Shown here piece after piece: positions 37,650 to 47,244 of a DNA stretch of 58,566 bases; position 1 is the first letter of the stretch, and each line of letters starts with the position of its first letter. The stretch comes from a virus (taxonomy: Duplodnaviria > Heunggongvirae > Uroviricota > Caudoviricetes), in the IMG/VR virus record IMGVR_UViG_3300043425_000840. One strand, given 5' to 3'. The notes under the pieces were generated by a model. It saw only the letters and a list, made by a program, of their open reading frames with translations, searched no databases and was not told the DNA's origin. The translations under genes and the position numbers were made by a program.

Positions 37650-38196
37650 ATGCTTCGTAATATAACTCAGGATATTCGACAATAACAGATATCCCACCCT
37701 TTTCATACACCGTTTTGTAGGTCTCTTCGATATCTTTCCACGACTTTAAATCATAGAATTTGATATTAGGACACATCATCTCATATGATGCTAAATAACT
37801 ACCTCTGTGTTGATGTCCTGGGTCTAATGGTTTATCTGACCCCTTACCTAAACGAATAATCATATTAGGATTCCATTCTTGATTACTCATTAGTTTAATC
37901 TTATCTACGTGATTTACTAATTGATTAGTTGCACAAATTAAAAAATCCCATCGAGGATAAAATGTAATCACAGTTTTACCCGCCATAGCCATACCTAAAC
38001 TCATTCCCATTTGTGATTCTTCCATAACAGGAAGTTCAATTAACTTATCTTTTGGAACTTCTCCGATAGTTGTACTCATTGGATTACCGTGCCAAAGGAT
38101 TTGCTGACCCAAGAAGACAGTATCTTCTTGTTGACCAAGGTAAGTCATTGATTTAGTTAAAGCGTCCTTATATGGGGTGTATTGTGGTGAACTCAT
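37648..38196 (-). CDS. TPP-dependent enzyme E1 beta-like subunit (pyrimidine-binding domain only, 182 aa)
   Basis: VFLGQ, IELPVMEESQMGMSLGMAMAG, NQLVN and GHQH. The C-terminal transketolase domain of true PDH E1 beta is absent. Confidence 0.85.
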   Translation of the reverse strand: MSSPQYTPYKDALTKSMTYLGQQEDTVFLGQQILWHGNPMSTTIGEVPKDKLIELPVMEESQMGMSLGMAMAGKTVITFYPRWDFLICATNQLVNHVDKIKLMSNQEWNPNMIIRLGKGSDKPLDPGHQHRGSYLASYEMMCPNIKFYDLKSWKDIEETYKTVYEKGGISVIVEYPELYYEA

Positions 38197-39002
38197 AATG
38201 ATTCTATTTTTTTGATTACTGCGTCTGCAATTATTCTATGACATTTTTTAGATGGGTGAGAATCTTTTGGTGGATGTTCTCCTAATTCGTCAAAATCATC
38301 TCTAACTGTTAAACCATTGTTAAGTCTCATCATATAATCAATATTGGTATATTCAGTACCGTTATAATTTAGATAGACCATTCTGTCGTGTAAATAAGGG
38401 TCTTCCTTAACATACTTAACATAGTCATCCTGCCAATTAAGAATTATACATTTGATACCTTTGCTCTCCAAAAATTCAAACGTCTCTTTAATTTTTTTAA
38501 CTTGTTGTTTACAGTGTTCAACATACCATTCAGGAAATCCACCGATACCATTTTCTTCCATCCACTCAAAGAAGATTCTTTGGATTCCTTGTGACGAACC
38601 AATCCAATTCATTTTGTGTTCATTTCCCTTATGTGTAAATGTAAATGAACATCTACCTGGTTGACTCGTTTGAAAAACCGCATATCCAATTTCTTCGTAT
38701 GAAAATTTTTCTTCAATTAAATGAGTCATTCCATTTTTATTACTAAAAATATAGTCTAAAAAAAATAAAGATTCGTCTTCACTACCACCATTTTCTTTTT
38801 TAACAATTTCAAATGTTTCAAAATGATTGGCAACTAATCTTGGGAATCTTAAAGTCGCCATAAAACGTTTATGTGCGTCTGTTACCAATTTGTGTTCATA
38901 TTGTTCGGGTGCGGGCTCCTTAAGAGTCTCCATTTTTGAATAATAATAAAGACCTTGACCCCAAGTAAATGAACAACCGGCAAATACTATTCCTTTTTTC
39001 AT
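38193..39002 (-). CDS. SGNH-hydrolase-like protein (possible acyl esterase/transferase)
   Basis: VFAGCSFTWG (GxS block), NGGS and DSHP (DxH). Confidence 0.6.
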   Translation of the reverse strand: MKKGIVFAGCSFTWGQGLYYYSKMETLKEPAPEQYEHKLVTDAHKRFMATLRFPRLVANHFETFEIVKKENGGSEDESLFFLDYIFSNKNGMTHLIEEKFSYEEIGYAVFQTSQPGRCSFTFTHKGNEHKMNWIGSSQGIQRIFFEWMEENGIGGFPEWYVEHCKQQVKKIKETFEFLESKGIKCIILNWQDDYVKYVKEDPYLHDRMVYLNYNGTEYTNIDYMMRLNNGLTVRDDFDELGEHPPKDSHPSKKCHRIIADAVIKKIESL

Positions 39003-39976
39003 TAATTAAATTCGTTTTTGTTTTCGTTATACCATTCATAGGCCTTTTCTAAACCTTCTGATAATGAAGTCTTAGCTTCCCAACCTAACTTATCTTTTAT
39101 TTTATTTGAATCAATTTTTCTTGTTGGTATCATTGAAGGTTTACCACTAATGAATTCAGTAGGTGCATCGTAGTTTGCAATTTTCTTCATTTCATCCAAT
39201 ACCTCAAGTACTGAATAAACTTTATTTGAACCAACGTTATATACTTGAAACATTTCAGTTTCATTTTCCATTACAACTTGTAATGACTCAACAAAATCTT
39301 CAACGTAAAGTAAGTCTCTTAATTCAGTACCATCACCCCAAACAGGAATAGGATTTAATTGGTCAGCAACTTTACGAATAGTTGCAGGTGTTACGTGACA
39401 CTTATTGAAATCGTACTTATCGTGAGGGCCAAACAAATTAGCAGGTCTGATGACAGTACATTTCATTGTTCGTGGTAAGTATTTTGCATACAATTCACAT
39501 TGAACCTCAGCATAACGTTTCATCCAACCAACGGGAAAATAAACGGGGTAAGGTTCATCAAATAAGAAATCAGTTTCAACTACTGGTTCATCACCTTTGG
39601 GTGGATACACAGTGTTCGATGAAATAAATACATAATGTTTAACGTTATTTCTCCAAGCCGCATCGATTAAAAAATTGTTCATTGCGACGTTTGGAGTTAC
39701 GTGAGCTAATGGGTCGTTAACCGTATCGACAGCGTTTGAAGTGGATGCTGCACAATGAAAAACAATATCAACATCTTTGGTAATGGTTTTACAACCCTCT
39801 TGTGTTTGTAAATCAGAATACCAATACTCTACGTCCATATGTTTTATTCTTGGTTCTCTAGTGTGTAAAGAAACTCTTATATTGTTGTATCCTTCGGACA
39901 CTAACCTATTTGTTAAGTTTTGCCCAACCAAACCAGAACCACCGGTTATTAAAATTTTTGAATTTTTATTTATCAT
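39002..39976 (-). CDS. NAD-dependent epimerase/reductase, GDP-L-fucose synthase-like extended SDR
   Basis: LITGGSGLVG, VFHCAA, FISS, VGWMK (YxxxK variant), RPANLFGPHD and VWGDGTELRDLLYVED. Confidence 0.85.
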   Translation of the reverse strand: MINKNSKILITGGSGLVGQNLTNRLVSEGYNNIRVSLHTREPRIKHMDVEYWYSDLQTQEGCKTITKDVDIVFHCAASTSNAVDTVNDPLAHVTPNVAMNNFLIDAAWRNNVKHYVFISSNTVYPPKGDEPVVETDFLFDEPYPVYFPVGWMKRYAEVQCELYAKYLPRTMKCTVIRPANLFGPHDKYDFNKCHVTPATIRKVADQLNPIPVWGDGTELRDLLYVEDFVESLQVVMENETEMFQVYNVGSNKVYSVLEVLDEMKKIANYDAPTEFISGKPSMIPTRKIDSNKIKDKLGWEAKTSLSEGLEKAYEWYNENKNEFN

Positions 39977-41745
39977 ATTAAACTTTTTTTAACTTTTTTT
40001 ACATCATTAGTTTGTGGAATCTCAAATGGCTTACCATAACATACGTCACTATCAGGTTCCCACACTTCTTCTATTTTTTCAGTACCATTATATCTTGCAG
40101 GTGGGGAATACGGCCTAACTTGAATGAAATTAATGTATGTAAATCTTCTAAAATCATTCTTAACCATTTCAACTGCGTGATTTGAATTATTTTTTGAGAA
40201 ATCTAACATTGCAAAATTTAAATGAATTGGAAGTACTTCATCATAATACCCTTTATCTTGTAATATTAATTTTCCTCCACCATCAATATAGTCTTTTTCG
40301 TCTGATAAGTAAATTAATACCACACAATATCTATCAGGATTTTGACCATCAATATGAGGTTCAATAAAATCACCATTTTCATAAATTGTTAACCCATCGT
40401 TGTGCCCAATATTCCATTCTTTTACTTCAGGATATATCTTATGAACAAATCTTGATACCTTATCTCTAAAATAGAATATATCATCATTGAAAATTCCTTC
40501 ACTATCTCTCAACTCCCACCAACGTTGAACAATGTCCCAACCTTTTTCCGCTGCGAATTTTTCTCTTTCTTCTATCTCATCTGCGGGAATTGTCCTAACA
40601 TAATCAAATCCTTCTTCGGAGTAGTCCGTCGGCACTCTAAATTCAAAACGATATCCATAACCTTTCTTATCTTCAGACTTTTTTCTAATATTTTCTAATC
40701 TTTTTAGATAATCATCCCACTCGTGTTTTTTTATAAATTCTTGAACCTTACCAACATAAAATCCCTTTTCAAGATACTCTTCAATATCCATATTCAATTC
40801 AAGTGTACCATAGTGTTTTTCATAGTAACTATATGTTCTTCTAAGTGCTTCCTTAAATCCTACAAAAGGTAATAGTTGATAACCGTTCTGAAGACTGGTA
40901 TCCATTTGTCTACGCATATCTCCGTTTGGTTTTGACTTATCCCATTTAATGGTTAAATTTTTACCACTAATTTTAATAACCTCCTCAATCATTGATTGAA
41001 TTGTTATTGTTTCACCAGAACCTAAATTAACTACGTCATTCACTCTATTCTTGTAACAATTTAAAATAGCAACTGCAACGTCATTGGCATAAATGAAATC
41101 TCTAACAGGTGTACCATCTCCCCAAGCTTCAATCTCACCACCATCCTCGGCTTCATATACTTTCTTAATTATACTTGAGATTACAGTACCATTACCACTC
41201 CAATCATCATACTCACCAAATATGTTCGCGGGTCTAACAATGGTCCATTTTTTATAACCATATTGTTTTCTATATGCACCTACCAATAACTCACCAATTC
41301 TTTTTGACCAAGCAGGAAACCAATCATTTTCAGAAGGTAATGTCTTCCATACATCAGTCTCTAAGAATTTTTCAGCGGGAGAGTAAACACCAACAGAACT
41401 TACAAAAACTAACCAAACGTTATTTTTTGCACATTGGTGAATTATTTCGGTATTGATTTTTTGTGATGGATATAGAAAGTCCACCGGTTGAGTTTTAGCT
41501 TTTAATGGTGAACCCTTAACACCGAAGCAGTTGAATACCGCATCTGGTTTTTCCTCCTCAAATAATTTTGTAATGTTCTCATCATTCATAAGGTCTAATT
41601 CATAAAACTTAAACCTATCAGATTCTGGTAAATGTTCCGATTTAACTTTGTCAACACCAATAACTAAATGGTTTCTCATAATCGATTCCTTAACCAAATG
41701 AACACCGACTAAACCTGAACAACCTGTAATTAAAATTTTTTTCAT
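39973..41745 (-). CDS. Fusion of a GDP-fucose-synthase-like SDR (aa 1-318) and a 2OG-Fe(II) oxygenase; C-terminal KKSLI
   Basis: ITGCSGLVG, RPANIFGEYD, WGDGTPVRDFIY; from Met319 (40791): IEPHIDG, VVLIYLS..GGG.L, NHAV and RFTY. Confidence 0.8.
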   Translation of the reverse strand: MKKILITGCSGLVGVHLVKESIMRNHLVIGVDKVKSEHLPESDRFKFYELDLMNDENITKLFEEEKPDAVFNCFGVKGSPLKAKTQPVDFLYPSQKINTEIIHQCAKNNVWLVFVSSVGVYSPAEKFLETDVWKTLPSENDWFPAWSKRIGELLVGAYRKQYGYKKWTIVRPANIFGEYDDWSGNGTVISSIIKKVYEAEDGGEIEAWGDGTPVRDFIYANDVAVAILNCYKNRVNDVVNLGSGETITIQSMIEEVIKISGKNLTIKWDKSKPNGDMRRQMDTSLQNGYQLLPFVGFKEALRRTYSYYEKHYGTLELNMDIEEYLEKGFYVGKVQEFIKKHEWDDYLKRLENIRKKSEDKKGYGYRFEFRVPTDYSEEGFDYVRTIPADEIEEREKFAAEKGWDIVQRWWELRDSEGIFNDDIFYFRDKVSRFVHKIYPEVKEWNIGHNDGLTIYENGDFIEPHIDGQNPDRYCVVLIYLSDEKDYIDGGGKLILQDKGYYDEVLPIHLNFAMLDFSKNNSNHAVEMVKNDFRRFTYINFIQVRPYSPPARYNGTEKIEEVWEPDSDVCYGKPFEIPQTNDVKKVKKSLI

Positions 41746-43029
41746 TTATTTTTTCTTATTTTCGATTAGTGATGTGAAAAATTCCACATCATCTTTGTTA
41801 TTTAATAATTCCAGTACTAACTTTTTATTATTTTCAAATCTATCTTTTAGGTTGATGTAATTTGAAATGAACTTGTCTTTATTTTTATATATTCTCTTTA
41901 TCTCATCAAACAATTTGAATAATCGTTTTCTTTGGTCAGATTCAGAATCATATGAATGGTCTAATATATCATCGAACACGTCAAAACCATAAACGTCTTT
42001 TACAGTTTTTACGTGATTCATACTTGCAACATAAAGTGGGTATTGATTAAAGAAAAGAGGTTTGAATGTTTTCTCACTTAAATGGACAACATTATCCCTC
42101 TTAAAACAAGATTCCGTAGTTATGTTAACGTATGAGTTCTCATATGTTTGCTTCTCATAAACTCGATTCCACTCAATGTGAAACGGAAGACTCTTTACGT
42201 GACTATCCCAATCTTTATCAAACCAATCAATATTATCTTCGTATCTACTTTTTTTAATGTCAATCTCCTCAAAAAAATCAATCTCAGATTTCATTTTTTG
42301 AATTTCTTTTTCTGTAAATAATTCGTGATAAAAAGTGGTTATAGTTGTGTGTTTCATATCCATTTTATGATTCCACCCCATCACCAAAGACCAATCAACT
42401 TCTTGTAACAATTTGTTCTTTTTAAGTAAAACTAAAAGAGCATACCTATGAACTTTTGGAGTCCTATTATGTGAAACAAAAAATTCAGATTGTTTATCTG
42501 TTATAAAATCGGTATCGTACATATCTAACTCCTTAGCAACTTTAATTGGTAAGAACTTAATGGTATGAACATTCAAACTTAAATTGTTATCCTCTTTGTA
42601 CTTCTTTAAATTATAATTGTTATTAATAACATATATCTGTTTTGGGTCGATTCCTTTATCTATCACCCACTTCTCAATTCCAATAACGGTTTCTTCAGTT
42701 TCCACCTCGTGCTCATTTAAAAAAATAACATAGAGGTTTGGATTTTCTTTCAAATGTTTAATTACCTTGGTTGGTAATGGTAATATGTTATGAGCTTTTA
42801 ATGCGTGACCAATCTCGTGAATATGACCAATAACATAATAGAAATTTTCATCAGGATGATTTTTAATCTCTGTTAACCTAAATCTTTTGAAATTTTTAAA
42901 TTCATAAAAATTCATCAACCCATCAATCCTCCTGAAATTATTTGCACCGAATTCCTTCTCACCGTTAATATTTGGATGAGTTGCATTGTGGTGCCAATCG
43001 TCATATACTAAATTTAAAAAATTACCCAT
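41746..43029 (-). CDS. Putative GT-B glycosyltransferase (SEK family paralog)
   Basis: FVSHNRTPKVHR, YVNITTES, LSEKTFKPL...YP, YGFDVFDDILDHSYD. Confidence 0.6.
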   Translation of the reverse strand: MGNFLNLVYDDWHHNATHPNINGEKEFGANNFRRIDGLMNFYEFKNFKRFRLTEIKNHPDENFYYVIGHIHEIGHALKAHNILPLPTKVIKHLKENPNLYVIFLNEHEVETEETVIGIEKWVIDKGIDPKQIYVINNNYNLKKYKEDNNLSLNVHTIKFLPIKVAKELDMYDTDFITDKQSEFFVSHNRTPKVHRYALLVLLKKNKLLQEVDWSLVMGWNHKMDMKHTTITTFYHELFTEKEIQKMKSEIDFFEEIDIKKSRYEDNIDWFDKDWDSHVKSLPFHIEWNRVYEKQTYENSYVNITTESCFKRDNVVHLSEKTFKPLFFNQYPLYVASMNHVKTVKDVYGFDVFDDILDHSYDSESDQRKRLFKLFDEIKRIYKNKDKFISNYINLKDRFENNKKLVLELLNNKDDVEFFTSLIENKKK

Positions 43030-43646
43030 TTACCTGTTCCGTAGTGCGGCCATTGTTTAATATAATTATACCAAATCACACCCTCAGGTGCTTCAGTTTT
43101 TACTTTCCAAGTTTCAATTGTTGGAGTGTTTGTTGATACACCATTATCCTCAACCACAAATTGAATTGGGAGGTCAAAGTTCTTAGCGTATTTGTAGTTT
43201 TCCATAAAACCACCAGTCTCGAAAGCCATATCACCAACGAAACACCACACCTTATCTTTACTACCTTGTTGTTTCAAAGCCATAGCAACACCAACAGCAA
43301 TTGGAATTGTACCACCAACAATTGCGGATGAATAAAACTTCTCGTCTTTATTCACAATTGTAATTGACCTACCAGCTAATATCTCCTCTTCTAACCATTC
43401 AGAAGGTACACCTTTTAACAATGCGTGATAATGAGACCTCCAAGTTGAGAATACCCAATCTGTTGTTTTAACTCTTTTGAAAATTTCAATTAGTTCATCT
43501 TCATTTCCACCACTTAAGTGAATCGGTCCACGAACTCTACCAGCTTCCCAATGGTCAGCCATTTTTCTTTCAAATTGTATAAGTCCTTCTTTATCCCACA
43601 ACATCTCCCTAACAATTGGTAGATGGTCATCTAAATTTTTTATCAT
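43014..43646 (-). CDS. TPP-dependent enzyme E1 alpha-like subunit (short, 210 aa)
   Basis: GPIHLSGGNE, STWRSHYHAL, IVGGTIPIAVGVA, FVGDM (GDG variant)...VVEDNG (TPP motif). Confidence 0.85.
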   Translation of the reverse strand: MIKNLDDHLPIVREMLWDKEGLIQFERKMADHWEAGRVRGPIHLSGGNEDELIEIFKRVKTTDWVFSTWRSHYHALLKGVPSEWLEEEILAGRSITIVNKDEKFYSSAIVGGTIPIAVGVAMALKQQGSKDKVWCFVGDMAFETGGFMENYKYAKNFDLPIQFVVEDNGVSTNTPTIETWKVKTEAPEGVIWYNYIKQWPHYGTGKWVIF

Positions 43647-44188
43647 CTGTCTCTTTTTTGTAATATTGGTTTATCTGTTGGCCATTCCATTTGATACTCA
43701 GGGTCATTCCATTTAACTACACCTTGTTCATTTGCGTCTACATAACCATCTTTATAGAATAGATTATAATGAAACATACAATCAGTTAGTGCGTAATGTC
43801 CGTTTGCAAAACCTGGTGGAACTAATACTTGGTTTCTATCTTTCTCAGTTATCATAAACGACTCCCAATCACCATATGTCGGTGATGATGGTCTCATATC
43901 TAACACAACCAAGTAAATGTCACCAACAGCCGCCTGAACTAATTTCCAAGTTTTAGTATCGTAATGTAATCCTCTTAGAACACCCTTATATGATTTTGAA
44001 AATCTTCCGTGAATTGAGATTTCACTTTTATCATAGTGAATATGTTTCATCACAGGATGTTCTTCACTATGAAATGTTGTAAAAATTTCACCTCTATATT
44101 CTCTATAAATCGAAGGTGTGAAAATTGGTACTTCATAACCAAAAACTTTTGATGGAGTTTCAACAAACTCATCCCATTTATTACTCAT
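43643..44188 (-). CDS. rmlC: dTDP-4-dehydrorhamnose 3,5-epimerase (RmlC/cupin family)
   Basis: YRGEIF, SYKGVLRGLHY, KLVQ..GDIY.V.LDMR..SPTYG.W, VPPGFANGH and WNDP. Confidence 0.85.
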   Translation of the reverse strand: MSNKWDEFVETPSKVFGYEVPIFTPSIYREYRGEIFTTFHSEEHPVMKHIHYDKSEISIHGRFSKSYKGVLRGLHYDTKTWKLVQAAVGDIYLVVLDMRPSSPTYGDWESFMITEKDRNQVLVPPGFANGHYALTDCMFHYNLFYKDGYVDANEQGVVKWNDPEYQMEWPTDKPILQKRDR

Positions 44189-44189
44189 A

Positions 44190-45158
44190 TTATGTATTGT
44201 TTGCGTATCCTAATGGGAATCCATTTCTAAATTCCGATGTCATTTTTGGTATTAGTACTTGGTATGTTTTCATCAGTTCTTTAATACCATCATCCAAAGA
44301 CCACTTTGGTTTCCATCCCGTCTTTTCAATCTTTTCATTTGAAACTATGTAATCTCTTTTGTCCGGGTCTTCATAGAAGTCAGAGTAAGTGATTGCAAAA
44401 TCAGGAATGTATAATTTTATTTTTTCTAATAATTCTTGTTTACTTAAGTTAGCGTCACTTAACCCGACATTGTAAACGTTCTCTTTCATTGTTTCATAAT
44501 TTTCGAGAGCGAATGTAAACACATCACCAACATCTTGAATATGAATGAAGTTACGTTTGAAATGTTTTTCAAATACAACAATGTATTTGTCGGTCATTGC
44601 TTTATAAACAAACTCATTTACCAACAAATCAGTTCTCATTCTTGGAGAAGAACCAAATACGGTTGCTAATCTAAAACAAGTTGCATTGGTGTAATTAAGT
44701 AAATGTCTTTCCGCGGCGCATTTAGTTTCACCATATACCGATATCGGATTCAATGGTGATTCTTCAGTACAAAACTTATCATCTTTACCAACACCATATC
44801 CACTATTTGTGTTTGGATAGATAATCATTTGATTTGGACTAATGAAGTTCATCAAATTAATGATTTGGTTATAGTTGATTTGTGTTGCTAATTCAGGGTC
44901 TTTTTTACAAGCAGGGAACCCGACAATTGCTGCTAATGGAATTATAACATCGTGAGATTTAACTTCCCTTTCGAACAGGGTTAGGTTTCTAACATCACCA
45001 TAAATGAAGTTATAATTTGGATTGTAAGTAAATTGGAGTGGGGAAATCTGATTGAACAATAATGTGTCAATTACGGTCACTTTATGACCCAAATCGAGTA
45101 GTTTTTTTGTTATCACTGAACCTAAGTATCCTGCACCTCCTGTGATTAAAATTTTCAT
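44190..45158 (-). CDS. NAD-dependent nucleotide-sugar epimerase/dehydratase
   Basis: MKILITGGAGYLGS, IPLAAIVG, YGETK (YxxxK), FRLATVFG.SPRMR.DL. The ATG at 45158 is preferred to the track start at 45200. Confidence 0.9.
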   Translation of the reverse strand: MKILITGGAGYLGSVITKKLLDLGHKVTVIDTLLFNQISPLQFTYNPNYNFIYGDVRNLTLFEREVKSHDVIIPLAAIVGFPACKKDPELATQINYNQIINLMNFISPNQMIIYPNTNSGYGVGKDDKFCTEESPLNPISVYGETKCAAERHLLNYTNATCFRLATVFGSSPRMRTDLLVNEFVYKAMTDKYIVVFEKHFKRNFIHIQDVGDVFTFALENYETMKENVYNVGLSDANLSKQELLEKIKLYIPDFAITYSDFYEDPDKRDYIVSNEKIEKTGWKPKWSLDDGIKELMKTYQVLIPKMTSEFRNGFPLGYANNT

Positions 45159-45169
45159 ATCTGTAAACA

Positions 45170-45235
45170 CTAATTTAAATAATTTTTTATCAATAGTCAA
45201 CCACTTTAAATTTAAGAAAAAATTTTTTATATTTA
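45170..45235. promoter_or_regulatory. Back-to-back Bacteroidota-type promoters
   Basis: Minus: GTTG(45201-45198)-N20-TAAATTAG(45177-45170). Plus: TTTA(45205-45208)-N19-TATATTTA(45228-45235). Confidence 0.45.
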
Positions 45236-45239
45236 AACT

Positions 45240-46511
45240 GTGGAAGAAAAAATTATTTGCAGTTTAGAGGATTGGGACAGTATTCTAAACTATTATAGAC
45301 CAAACGGTTCGTCTAAAACCTGGTACATTAAGGAGTTAAAGAGATTGGCAATACCACATATGTGGGGTCAATGGAATGTGTACACCGAACAAGGTGAGAT
45401 GTTCCAAGACGGACATATGAGAAATTCCATCACCCCAACCCATAGTAGTCTGATAAAATATACCCCAAAAGAGGAGATTGGTGATTCCAAACACATATAC
45501 ATAATCAATGTGTATAGTCACGATTTTTTCACACTTAACAATGAGATTGGGTTAAAGTGTATATCTTCTGAGTATATTGAAGATATCAGAAATGGTAAGT
45601 GTAAAATACTGATGTTCTTCATTTATGAGGGGTACTCTGGTATTCAAAACAACTATGATTTTGAAATGATTGAAAAATGGAGATTACAGATGAATTTTCC
45701 GGTCAATTCAATTTACTATGTCTGTGGTAATCTATTATCTGAACAAATTGTTAAAAACAAAGGTCTCGGATACCAAGCTAGAGGTATTCACTATTTTGAA
45801 CCGTGGAACCAATATAAAGGACCAATGGTGGACTTTAAACCAAGTGATGACAAATACCTATTCCTATCCTATAATCGTCAACCCAGACACCATAGATTAC
45901 GTTTTATGATTGATTTATATGAAAAGGGGTTGATATATGATGGTTTAATAAGTTTAGATAAAATAGTACATCCATTACCTTACCCTGTACCACCTGAAGT
46001 CCATCACTTTTTTTACAACAACACACCCTTTATGATTGATAGTATGCCAGAATTACGATTCAATCTTGCGTGTAACATAACCACTGAAGATTTTGAAAGA
46101 ACTTTTGTTTCAGTTGTAACAGAAACATTGGTGGATACTGGTACTCTATTCTTTTCGGAAAAGATATGGAAACCAATTATGGTTGGTCATCCATTCTTAT
46201 TATATGGTAATGAAGGTTCATTAAAGTATTTAAAATCAATTGGTTACAAAACTTTTGATAGATGGTGGGATGAAAGTTACGATAGTGAACCTGATAGAGA
46301 TAAGAGAAGTAAAATGATAGTTGATGAACTATTAAAATTGAAGCAGAAAACAAAAGAAGAGTTAATTAAAATTAGAGAAGAGATACGAGAGGTGTTGGTT
46401 CACAATAAAGAAAACTATAATCGAATTTATAAAGAGAAGTATAGTGAAAGTGACCAATCATCAACAATAAGGGAAGTTTTATTAGAAATGTGGAATGAAT
46501 TAAATGGGTAG
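45240..46511 (+). CDS. Putative GT-B glycosyltransferase (SEK family paralog; GTG start)
   Basis: FLSYNRQPRHHR, VSVVTET, FFSEKIWKPI..GHPF..YG, GYKTF..WWDESYD. Confidence 0.6.
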   Translation: MEEKIICSLEDWDSILNYYRPNGSSKTWYIKELKRLAIPHMWGQWNVYTEQGEMFQDGHMRNSITPTHSSLIKYTPKEEIGDSKHIYIINVYSHDFFTLNNEIGLKCISSEYIEDIRNGKCKILMFFIYEGYSGIQNNYDFEMIEKWRLQMNFPVNSIYYVCGNLLSEQIVKNKGLGYQARGIHYFEPWNQYKGPMVDFKPSDDKYLFLSYNRQPRHHRLRFMIDLYEKGLIYDGLISLDKIVHPLPYPVPPEVHHFFYNNTPFMIDSMPELRFNLACNITTEDFERTFVSVVTETLVDTGTLFFSEKIWKPIMVGHPFLLYGNEGSLKYLKSIGYKTFDRWWDESYDSEPDRDKRSKMIVDELLKLKQKTKEELIKIREEIREVLVHNKENYNRIYKEKYSESDQSSTIREVLLEMWNELNG

Positions 46512-47244
46512 ACTTTTTACATTTGGTTGTAGTTTCACGAGTTATATTTGGCCTACTTGGGCGGATTTTGTTGCACTAAATTTTGACACTCATCAAAATT
46601 GGGCAAATGCGGGTGCTGGTAACTACTTTATATCATCAAGATTATACGAATGTAATTCCGTAAATAAATTAACGAAGGATGATACTGTGTTAGTGATGTT
46701 TAGTCAATATTTTAGAAATGATATGATTGACAAAAATTCTAATTGGATAAATGCGGGTAATCTCTACAATCAAACTTTGTATGGTCACGATTTTGTTACC
46801 AAATATTGGACCGATGAACACGGATATTTTATGAGTTGGTACAACATATTGAGTGTGAAGTACTTATTAGATAGTATTGGTTGTAAGTATAAGTTTATGT
46901 CCGCATTTGACATATCATCACAAAAAGGGTCATTAGAAAACACACCAAAAAGAATGGTTAATTGTAGTAACGAACTACAAAAAATATTAACCGCAGATAA
47001 TTTAATGGATTTTAATGAAGGCAAACCACAATATAATTTTATTGATGAGTTTGATTCACACCCAACAATAACAACTCATTTGGATTGGGTAAGAACAAAG
47101 TTACCCGAATATTATACTGAAAGTATGGATATGGTTGCGGAAAAATGGGAGTCATTGGTTGAAAAAGACAAAAAAAATACATATATTAACTTCAAACAAT
47201 TAGTTGAAAAAAGTAGAGATTTCTCTGACTTTAAAAGTATATGA
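46504..47244 (+). CDS. SGNH-hydrolase-like protein
   Basis: FTFGCSFT, NWANAGAGN and DSHP. Confidence 0.6.
   Translation: MGRLFTFGCSFTSYIWPTWADFVALNFDTHQNWANAGAGNYFISSRLYECNSVNKLTKDDTVLVMFSQYFRNDMIDKNSNWINAGNLYNQTLYGHDFVTKYWTDEHGYFMSWYNILSVKYLLDSIGCKYKFMSAFDISSQKGSLENTPKRMVNCSNELQKILTADNLMDFNEGKPQYNFIDEFDSHPTITTHLDWVRTKLPEYYTESMDMVAEKWESLVEKDKKNTYINFKQLVEKSRDFSDFKSI

Noticed and set aside
37648-43646. Pyruvate dehydrogenase as a central-metabolism auxiliary gene
   Set aside because: Both subunits are truncated and separated, no E2 or E3 is present, and the context is nucleotide-sugar synthesis.
25399-45200. ORF-track start sites at 25399, 28596 and 45200 (also 7347)
   Set aside because: Downstream ATGs (25552, 28611, 45158, 7356) match family N-termini and coupling better.
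37600-45260. Recombinase-invertible (phase-variable) segment
   Set aside because: No inverted repeats found at the two boundaries and no recombinase in the window.
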